Source: Candidatus Moraniibacteriota bacterium (lineage in GTDB: Bacteria > Patescibacteriota > Minisyncoccia > Moranbacterales > GCA-2747515). From it: a stretch of 64,000 nucleotides of DNA. Numbering within the stretch: the stretch's first letter is position 1; every line of letters starts with the position of its first letter. The stretch spans positions 1,089,734-1,153,733 of the forward strand of contig CP175956.1 in assembly GCA_046116545.1 (NCBI GenBank), written 5' to 3'. The notes below the pieces were generated by a model that worked only from the letters and a program-made list of their open reading frames with translations, was not told where the DNA came from and searched no databases. Positions 29,211-38,800 of the stretch are shown one piece after another. Position numbers and translations under genes: made by a program.

Positions 29211-29483
29211 TCATCTACGAAGCATTGATTCTTCTGCAATTTCATGTTGCTTTTCTGGAGTATATACATAATCCTGAGGTCGATTTTTTGAAAATACTAC
29301 CTTACATTTTTTGCACCACAAATTCATACTATTGATACAAAGAATATTGATAATGTAAGTACTTACTGAATCTCTCTGTCCACAAACAGGACATGCGACA
29401 GGTAATGCAGGGAAAGAACAAATAAATTCAATGTGTTGTCCTGCTTTTTTAAAAATAGAAATCATGACATTACACCTCCTCAA
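29211..29483 (-). CDS. small zinc-ribbon protein (hypothetical)
   Basis: 90 aa (or 84 aa from the internal Met). Two CxxC pairs: 'CPVCGQRD' and 'CKKCK'. Confidence 0.4.
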   Translation of the reverse strand: MRRCNVMISIFKKAGQHIEFICSFPALPVACPVCGQRDSVSTYIINILCINSMNLWCKKCKVVFSKNRPQDYVYTPEKQHEIAEESMLRR

Positions 29484-29493
29484 GTTAGTATGT

Positions 29494-32469
29494 TTATTTT
29501 TTAATTGCGATAACTACTTTTTCTCCATCAACTTTAAATTCATCTTCTAAATCTGAATCATTTAAAATTTCATTCTGCAAATTATTAGCTAATACTTCAT
29601 GCGCAATCACACCTTTATAATCTGCAAAAACATCATTAAAGCCACTGAAGCCTACTGATATTCTATCATCTAATTCATAATCAGCCTTCTTACGCATTTG
29701 TTGTATGTGTCGTATTATTTCACGAGCCTGACCTTCTTTTCTTAGCTCATCAGTTAATTTTATATTCAATTCGATTTTTACATCATTGATATCTCCCATA
29801 TTTTTCGCATTCTCATCAAATTCAAAATCATCAAAAATAATACTTTTAACGTTTAATTCTTCTTTGACAATATCAAGAAATTCTTCTGTTATTTGTAATT
29901 CCTCTTTCTTGATTTTTAATTCTGACAATGGCTGTCTTACTTTCATTTGAGTTCTTGCTCTCAACTTCAAACCTTCACTTATAATATCTCTTACAAATTG
30001 CATTTGTTCATTTAACTCTGTGTCAATACACATTTCATCACTAACTGGAAAATTAGCTAAATGTACACTTTCTTTATCAGAAAGATTTTTGTAAATCTCA
30101 TCCGCTAAAAATGGTGCGAATGGCGCAATAGTCTTTGACAGCTCTACTAATACATAATGTAGGGTTGCATAAGCTTCATTTTTATCACCATCATCCTCAC
30201 TTTTCCAAAATCTCTTGCGACTCCTACGAATATACCAATTTGATAAATCATCAACAAACGGTGCAAATTTTCTTGTTGCTTGCATTAAATGATAACTTTC
30301 CATTTCACTGTCTACATCCTTGATTAACTGATGTAACTTGGAGATAAGCCATTTATCTAACAGATTATTTACTTTTGGAACACCTTCATAGTTCACTTTC
30401 CAGCCATCCACATTAGCATACATCACAAAAAAACTATAACTCTGCCAAAGCATCCGAAAAGTCCCACGAGCAATCTCGGACAAATCTTTTTCGCTAAAAC
30501 TCAAATCATTAGCATTTACCACTGGTGACTGAGCAAGGTAAAATTTCAATGGATCAGCTCCATATTTTTCAACCATTTCCATTGGATCTGGATAGTTTTG
30601 TAATTTTTTAGACATCTTTTGTCCATCCTCTGCCAAAACAATTCCATTAGTAATAACATTTTTGAAAGCCTCTTTTTCAAAAATTCCACCCGCAATAACG
30701 TGCAGATAATAAAACCATGCCCTCGTTTGATCAATTCCCTCTGCAATAAAATCAGCTGGAAAATTATTTTCAAAAACCTCCTTATTTTCAAAAGGATAAT
30801 GCGCTTGACCATAAGGCATAGAGCCACTATCAAACCAAGTATCCAAGACATCTGGCACACGATGCATCTGCCCATCACATTTGCCACAATCAAAAGAAAT
30901 TTCATCAACAACGTGTTTGTGCAAATCATCAACCTCGACGCCACTAGCATCTTTCAGTTCAGCAATTGAACCAAAGACTTTTTTATCATCACATTTATTA
31001 CAAACCCAAATCGGCATGACACTCGCCCAAAATCGTTGACGCGAAATAGACCAATCACGACCACCTTCCAACCAATTGCCAAAGCGACCTTCTTTGAGAT
31101 GTTCTGGTGTCCAATTAATATTTTTAGCATTTTCTAGTAAATTTTCTTTAATTTTTGTAACTGCTACAAACCAAGATCCTGTTGCATAATTAATCAAAGG
31201 TGTATCACAACGCCAACAGTGTGGATAACTATGTTCATACTTTTCTTTGTGAAATAAAGTACCTTTACCTGCAAGATATTTAATCACTTCAATATCCGTA
31301 GACTGAGGATTTTCAATTGGCTTTACATTTAATCCTCCAATAGCCTCAACTCTTTCGTCCACCACGCCATTCAGAGTCAAATGTTGCACAAAAGGCAAAT
31401 CGTTTTCTTTACCAAGAGCCATATCATCCTCACCAAATGCCGGAGCAATATGCACAACACCAGTACCATCTTCCGTAGTCACAAAATCAGCCGCATAAAC
31501 TTGCCAACCATTTTCTCTATTTTCTAAGCTCTCATCACTAGCATAAGTATCCCAAAGAGATTTGTATTTCAAACCAACTAAATCAGAACCTTTAAGGTTT
31601 TCAATAATTTCAAATTCAGAATCATTCATAACATCCTCCAACCTAGTCTTTGCTAAAATAAATTGCACTAAATTGCCAGTTCCTTCATCTTTTTTTTGAA
31701 TCTTTACATATTCAACATCATTACCTACAGCTAATGCAACATTTCCCGGAAGTGTCCATGGAGTAGTTGTCCAAGCAAGAATAGAAGTTTTAGGATCGTC
31801 CAACAGATTAAATTCTGCAATCACCGATAAATCCTTCACATCTTTATAACCTTCACTTACTTCAGACTGTGAAAGGGTTGTCTCACAACGAGGACAAACA
31901 TGCATCGAACGATAACTGTAATAAATTAAATCCTTATCCCAAAGTTGTTTAAACGTCCACCAAACACTTTCCATAAAATCTTTATCCATTGTACGATAAG
32001 AGTCATCCATATCAGCCCAACGACCCAGACGATTAATGATTTTTTCCCATTCATCCGCATATTCCAAAACTTTAGAACGACAAAGATTATTAAATTTTTC
32101 AACTCCCAATTCCTCAATTTCTTTTTTTGTTTTACTGCCTAATTCTTTTTCTACAATATTTTCAATTGGCAATCCATGACAATCCCAACCCCATTTACGC
32201 GGAATGTATTTCCCCTTCATAGTCCAATAACGAGGAGTGACGTCTTTAATTACCGAAGCAACAATATGTCCATAATGAGGTAACCCAGTTGCAAAAGGAG
32301 GACCATCATAAAAACTATATTTATTACTATCATCTTTAGTTTTTCTATTTTCCATTGATTTGTGGAAAATATCATTCTCATTCCAAAATTTCAAAATATC
32401 CTCCTCAACTTTAGAAAGTTTTTTAGAAGAATCTACTGGGCTAAAATGTTGTTGTTTTTCGTTTGACAT
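29494..32469 (-). CDS. ileS: isoleucine--tRNA ligase
   Basis: 991 aa. HIGH motif 'GLPHYGHIVAS' and KMSKS motif 'KMSKK'. The long editing/CP1 insertion and C-terminal Zn-like Cys cluster are typical of IleS. Confidence 0.95.
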   Translation of the reverse strand: MSNEKQQHFSPVDSSKKLSKVEEDILKFWNENDIFHKSMENRKTKDDSNKYSFYDGPPFATGLPHYGHIVASVIKDVTPRYWTMKGKYIPRKWGWDCHGLPIENIVEKELGSKTKKEIEELGVEKFNNLCRSKVLEYADEWEKIINRLGRWADMDDSYRTMDKDFMESVWWTFKQLWDKDLIYYSYRSMHVCPRCETTLSQSEVSEGYKDVKDLSVIAEFNLLDDPKTSILAWTTTPWTLPGNVALAVGNDVEYVKIQKKDEGTGNLVQFILAKTRLEDVMNDSEFEIIENLKGSDLVGLKYKSLWDTYASDESLENRENGWQVYAADFVTTEDGTGVVHIAPAFGEDDMALGKENDLPFVQHLTLNGVVDERVEAIGGLNVKPIENPQSTDIEVIKYLAGKGTLFHKEKYEHSYPHCWRCDTPLINYATGSWFVAVTKIKENLLENAKNINWTPEHLKEGRFGNWLEGGRDWSISRQRFWASVMPIWVCNKCDDKKVFGSIAELKDASGVEVDDLHKHVVDEISFDCGKCDGQMHRVPDVLDTWFDSGSMPYGQAHYPFENKEVFENNFPADFIAEGIDQTRAWFYYLHVIAGGIFEKEAFKNVITNGIVLAEDGQKMSKKLQNYPDPMEMVEKYGADPLKFYLAQSPVVNANDLSFSEKDLSEIARGTFRMLWQSYSFFVMYANVDGWKVNYEGVPKVNNLLDKWLISKLHQLIKDVDSEMESYHLMQATRKFAPFVDDLSNWYIRRSRKRFWKSEDDGDKNEAYATLHYVLVELSKTIAPFAPFLADEIYKNLSDKESVHLANFPVSDEMCIDTELNEQMQFVRDIISEGLKLRARTQMKVRQPLSELKIKKEELQITEEFLDIVKEELNVKSIIFDDFEFDENAKNMGDINDVKIELNIKLTDELRKEGQAREIIRHIQQMRKKADYELDDRISVGFSGFNDVFADYKGVIAHEVLANNLQNEILNDSDLEDEFKVDGEKVVIAIKK

Positions 32470-32477
32470 ATAATTTT

Positions 32478-32750
32478 ATAATTAAAAATAAAAAAATCCT
32501 CAAAAACAAATGTTTTAAGGACGAATATAATCCGCGATACCACCTTAATTTAAAAACTAAATTCAGTCTTCACTCTTAATTACAGCTATTACAGGCTTAC
32601 CTGTTGAGTTCTACTTCCTACTTTTACATAGAGTTCTTCTCACATCCCCTTATTTAAAATAAGTTCAGTATTGATATTACTGTCAAAGGATTTTATATCT
32701 TTAGACTACAACAAAAATCAACAAATTGCAATAAACTAAATACTTATATA
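32478..32750 (-). promoter_or_regulatory. T-box leader (tRNA-sensing riboswitch) upstream of ileS
   Basis: Minus-strand sequence AATTAAGGTGGTATCGCGG (plus coordinates 32531-32550, read on the minus strand) matches the T-box consensus AATTAGGGTGGTACCGCGG at 17 of 19 positions. About 12 nt downstream is a 9-bp terminator hairpin (UCCUUAAAA...UUUUUGAGGA) plus a U7 run, just 5' of the ileS ATG. Stem I and the specifier codon were not resolved. Confidence 0.6.
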
Positions 32751-32782
32751 AAATCTACCCTACATTTAAAAGCAGGGTAGAT
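32745..32782 (-). terminator. rho-independent terminator of the 2790-aa gene
   Basis: Perfect 9-bp stem ATCTACCCT / AGGGTAGAT (32753-32761 and 32774-32782) with a 12-nt loop. UUUUAUAUAA follows on the minus strand, 22 nt after the stop. T-runs flank both sides, so it may work in both directions. Confidence 0.65.
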
Positions 32783-32803
32783 TTTTAAAATATTGATCTA
32801 ATT

Positions 32804-35800
32804 TCATTCAGAGCCTTCTACAATAAACCAATCAAACTTTATCATATTCGTGATAGCATCTTTCACTTTAACAATGAATCCAACTCCATCTTGAATTTCT
32901 GATACTGATACTAATTGTTCAACATCTCCATGAGGTGTTACAAATATATGACTATTATTTGTTACAGCTTCTGTGGCAACAAATATACTTTGACCATCAC
33001 TTTCACTTTCTAAATCAACTACACAATCATCATCAGCCTCATCATAACTTGTATCTTCTGGACAAATTACTGATTTACCTACAATAGAATCATCTTCTTG
33101 ACTTTCTACTGTCAGCTTATTTATTTCAATTTCTTGTGCAACAAGCTTCTTAACACTTAGTAATCCTTCTAATGTCAAATCTATGACATCTGCAATAATT
33201 TCATTCCCATCTCCATCAACTGTTGATTGTGTTAATACTCCATTTTCAACAAATATTAACTTATCTACATCCAGTGCTAATACTCTCGTATCAATATTAG
33301 TTAATATACTTAGACTTGCTTGCAAGTCATCTATTCTACTATTTATCTCAGGAATCACTTGTTGTGTTAGTGTATTTGCTTCATCTCGTAATTCTAACAC
33401 ATCATCACCAACTTGATTTATGGTATTATAAGATGTTTCAAATTGATCGTCTGTTGAACTTTGCAAATCAACTATATTTGTATCCGTTTTTAATGTAAGA
33501 CTTTTAATACTTGTGTCTATTTCTTGCATTTTATCTGGTGTTGGTAAATCAAGAATATTTAATGAATCAATTTGTGGTATCTCAACCCCTGTATTTTTAT
33601 CAGTTATATATACCAATTTTTCTCCTGTAAGCTTTTCTATAAATCTCATAGCTTTTGTCATATCCACATTGATAATTTTTTCATCTCTTTCTGAACGATA
33701 TGCCCATGCCATATCTTCACTTGCGCCTGCTGGAATATCTGAGAAATTATGTGGTGAAAGAGTTGTTACATTTCCAGCTTCATCACGCACTCGGAGCTCA
33801 TGACTACCAGCATCCTCAACTGCAAACAGTTGAATACCATCTGTAATACTAGCTGTCGGTGCTACTGAACTTGAAATAGTTAATAAATTATTTGCATCAG
33901 TCCCATAATTTTCAGAACCAATTGCCATATTTCCACCATCATAATAAATACCCTCAAAGTTCTCTGTCCACAAAGTATCGCCGTCAGGATTCTCTGTGTT
34001 AACACAATAAAGCACATTCACATTTGTTGGACGTGTTTCACTTCCACCTGTTGCCTGCGTAGTCATTGTTGGCTTCCAATTATATACACCTTCTTTTTTA
34101 TAACCTGTAGTAGTTCCAGCTGCATCATTTTCTGCATCATGTAATTGGAAATCATGATCATGACTTGCAAATTCATCATCTTGAGTAGTTCCTACTGCAT
34201 CACCTGTTGTACCATCACCTCTATCACCACGACTAGCTGCATCTGGATCCAGACCAGCACCATGATCCCAACCACGTAAGAATCGTCCACGATAATCTGG
34301 TACATTAAACGTGCTAGAACCATCACCATCACCATACATATCACCAAGTACTGCATAAAGATCTGGATATGCTGTTCGTGAAGCTTCAGCACCATCTGCC
34401 TCAAGCCAACCTGGTGGACACACTTCTGTAGCATATGCATTCACAGTTCCAGCTGACAATGAATCCGTTGTCCCATGACTACCTATATCCTTTTTTGTAA
34501 TTGCAACACCAGCAACCACATCTCCTGCTCCAGCTGCTGTAAACACAACTCTCAAACTTGATTCATACTTTATATGTGGCAAATTAATAAACGTGTTATC
34601 ATCACCGACTTCATCTTCAAAAAGTCCAACATCTAAACTTTGTAATACACCATCAATTTCAATTGTCACCTCAGATATTGAAGCACCCTCAATATGACCT
34701 GATACTAAATAACCAGATTCATTAGAAATATCAATTAATGTCATTATTCCAACATCAGATTGAACTCTATGTTGTGTAATTCCTCCATTAAGATCATCTG
34801 CCGTTAAATAATCAGATGTTGTACTTCCAATAATAATACCTCCACCGCCACTTCCTGTGCTCAATGCTCCCCAAACTGTACCGTTACAAAACTCCATCGC
34901 CATTTGTGTCGTATTGTATCTCATTGAACCTTCCTTACTTGAATCACAAGCATCAAAATCAGAACCAATTCTTATACTACCTTCTATATCCAAGTTTGTA
35001 CCATCAAACATTAGATTGGTACCTGCAACAATTGCATTTCCAATACTATTAGTATACGGGATTGAACCTGCAATATAGCTTGATGGTGTATCTGTGAGGT
35101 CTAGAAATGATAAATCTGGAGATGTGAATGATTTCCATTGTGTACCATTATATCCTTCAAAATCAGTTCCAGTCCATCGTATATTACCTGCAATTGTATT
35201 TGTTGTTGAACCAAGTCTAATAGCACCATCCACATCCAATGCTTCTTGTGGTGTATTTGTACCAATTCCAACATTTCCACTTGTGTAATATATATCAGAA
35301 CCATTTTGTGTCCACATGCCCAATCCTGTTGTCGGTTGGTCTCCGGCTTCGTTTATTGTTTTTACGTATTGTGGTGAATATGCATTAGTTGCTGTGCTAT
35401 TACCTAACTGTCCTTGTCCATTATATCCCCAACATTGCACACGTCCGCCAGTAGTCTTAACACATGTATGTGTCAGACCTCCATAACCACCCATAGCAAT
35501 TTGAGTTGCGCTGTCTATATTTGAAACCTTAACTGGAGAATATTGATCTGTTGTATTTCCATTTCCAACCTGTCCATTTGCATTATATCCCCAACAACTC
35601 ACCTCTCCACTATTATGTAGTGCACATACTGTTCCATATAAATTATAACCACCTGCAATAATAATGTCTTTAACATCTGTAAGTCCTGGATCTACTGGTG
35701 AATTACTATTTGTTGTTGTCCCTATACCTAATTGACCTCGTCCATTATGTCCCCATGACCTCACTGTTCCATCTTGCAATACTACAAATGTTACATTTCC

Positions 35801-38800
35801 ATTATCTCCACCAATAGCAATATCAAATGCATTTGTAATTCCTAATACTTGAGAAGGTGCCGTCCTATTTGTTGTATCACCTAAACCAAGTGCTCCATCA
35901 TCATTATTTCCCCAACACCATACAGTATTATCATTTTTAATTGCACATCTATGGACCTGTCCAGTGTAATCACCTTGAGCAACCATCTTTGATACATTAT
36001 TTATTGTAATAGGTGTAGGTGTATTTCTTGCTGTAGTTGTACCATCCCCAAGTTCTCCTTGAGCATTTGCTCCCCAACATTGAACTGAACCATCATTGAA
36101 TTGTGCACAATATGAAGCTGTATTTCCTCCACCACCTGATATATCAGCCACATTTCCTGTGATTATTTGTACTGGTGAAGTTTGCTGTGTTGTATTTCCA
36201 TTTCCCACTTGACCTGAAGCATTATATCCCCAACAATATACATTTCCACTTGTGTCTAATGCACATGCTGAAGCTGCTACATTATGTAAATTCCTTGATG
36301 TAGCAATTTTTGAAATATTTTCCAATGCTCCCACTCGCACAGGAGTTGGTCGCTGTGTTGTTGTACCATCACCAAGTGCACCATGACCATTATATCCCCA
36401 AGCATACAAATGACCATTTTCAAGTATTGCATATGTTATTTGTCTATTTGTACTAATTGAGCTCACATTTTCTGGCAATACCACTTCAACTGGTAAGTAT
36501 TTATTTGATATCATACTATCATCACCCAATTCTCCATTTACGTCACGTCCCCAACATTGTACTTTTTTATCTTCCATTATTGCACATGAAATACCTGCAT
36601 TACTGTTTCCCTCCCACAACTTCTCAACCTGATTGATAGTAGTTTCACCACCAGCTGCACCAACTGATATACAAACAGGATCTCCATTTGCATCAAATCC
36701 TCTTAATGCTTCTCCTATTGGACATTGTGTTGTTATGTTAGATGCTAATATATTTCCTGAAGTATATATATCTCCTCCTACTACTGATAGTTTATGTGTT
36801 GGGTTTGTTGTTCCCAATCCTAAGCTTCCACTTTCTGTAAGTGTTAATGTTTGTGTTCCATTTAGTGATATTGCAAAGTTATTATCTACTTGTTCTCTTA
36901 GAGTCCATAGATTTGAATTTGCTCCACTATCTGCTAGTTGTAATATATTTGTTTGTGTTGTTCCGTTTATATCTAATTCGTAATTTGGTGTTGTTGTATT
37001 TATTCCTACATTTCCACTTGTATAATATATATCTGATCCGTTTGCTGTCCACAGTCCACCACCAACTACAGGATTGTCATCATATGTTTCATTAACAGTT
37101 TTCACATATTGAGGAGTTGTCCTCATAGTTTCTGTTCCATTTCCAAGTTGTCCATATGTGTTATCTCCCCAACATTTCATCCTACCATCTATCAATGTTA
37201 CACAAGCATGAGTTGGTCCTGCAAAGCCTCCCATTGCAATATCCTTTGCATATTCAACACCCTCAACAAGACTAGGTGTTGTTTGTGGATTTACAGTTGT
37301 ACCGTTTCCTACTTGACCATTACCATTATATCCCCAACAACTCACTTCACCACTATTATGCAGTGCACAAACAGTTCCATACAAACTATATCCACCAGCA
37401 ATTACCACTTTACTCACATCTGTCAAACCTGCATCCACAGGTGTACTACTATTTGTAGTTGTACCAATGCCCAGCTGTCCTCCACCATTATAACCAGTTG
37501 ATCGTACTGTTCCATCTTGCAATACCACATGTGTTGAAGCACCATTATCACCACCAACTGCAATATCAACTGCATTTGTAATTCCAAGCATTTGTGTTGG
37601 CACATGACGATCTGCTGTATCTCCTACTCCCAAAGCACCATTACCATTATCTCCCCAACACCATACAGTACCATCATTTTTAATTGCACACTTATGACCA
37701 TCTTCACCATAACCACCTTGAGCCACAATTTTTGAAACATTTGACAAACTAATTTGCGTAGGAATATTTCTGTCAATAATAGTACCATCACCAACTTGAC
37801 CTTGAGAATTTCTTCCCCAACACCACACAGATCCATCTGTTTTTGTAGCACAAAATGAACTATATTGACTTCCACCTCCTGAGATACCTGTTACATCTGC
37901 TGCAATAATTTGAACTGGTGAAGTTTGTTGTGTTGTTGTACCATTTCCTACTTGTCCATATCCATTATATCCCCAACAATATACAGCGCCCACATCATTT
38001 AATGCACATACAGTGCCATGATTTTGATATAAGTTTTCTGAAGTTGCTATTTCTGTAATATCTTCCAACGTTCCTATTCTTACTGGAATATGTCTCACTG
38101 TAGTTGTTCCATCTCCCAATTCACCTTGTGCGTTATACCCCCAACCATATACTTGTCCATTTTCTAAAATTGCATATGTTGAATGTTTGTTTGTAATAAC
38201 TTCTTCTACATCACCTGGTAAATTTACTATTTCCGGAAATGGTTTGTCTGCTGCATTCACACCTGTCCCAACTTCACCACTATCATCATGTCCCCAACAC
38301 TGTACAGTTTTATCTTCCATTACTACACATGAAGTTCCATCATTTGATTGTCCTTTCCATATTTTTTCTGCTTTATTTATAGCCAATTCACCACCAGCAG
38401 CTCCAACTGATATACAAACAGGATCTCCATTTGCATCAAATCCTCTTAATGCTTCTCCTATTGGACATTGTGTTGTTATGTTAGATGCTAATATATTTCC
38501 TGAAGTATATATATCTCCTCCTACTACTGATAGTTTATGTGTTGGGTTTGTTGTTCCCAATCCTAAGCTTCCACTTTCTGTAAGTGTTAATGTTTGTGTT
38601 CCATTTAGTGATATTGCAAAGTTATTATCTACTTGTTCTCTTAGAGTCCATAGATTTGAATTTGCTCCACTATCTGCTAGTTGTAATATATTTGTTTGTG
38701 TTGTTCCGTTTATATCTAATTCGTAATTTGGTGTTGTTGTATTTATTCCTACATTTCCACTTGTATAATATATATCTGATCCGTTTGCTGTCCACAATCC

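Noticed and set aside
36633-38726. Plus-strand ORFs 36633-36983 and 38187-38726 with identical C-terminal peptides
   Set aside because: They are antisense shadows of the duplicated linker region in the 2790-aa gene. The identical peptides simply reflect the 391-bp DNA repeat.
36660-38793. Possibility that the identical 391-bp segments are a DGR template/variable repeat pair
   Set aside because: The copies are 100% identical with no adenine-specific mismatches. They lie inside the same ORF as module linkers, and no reverse transcriptase ORF is present in the window. Recent duplication or gene conversion explains them.
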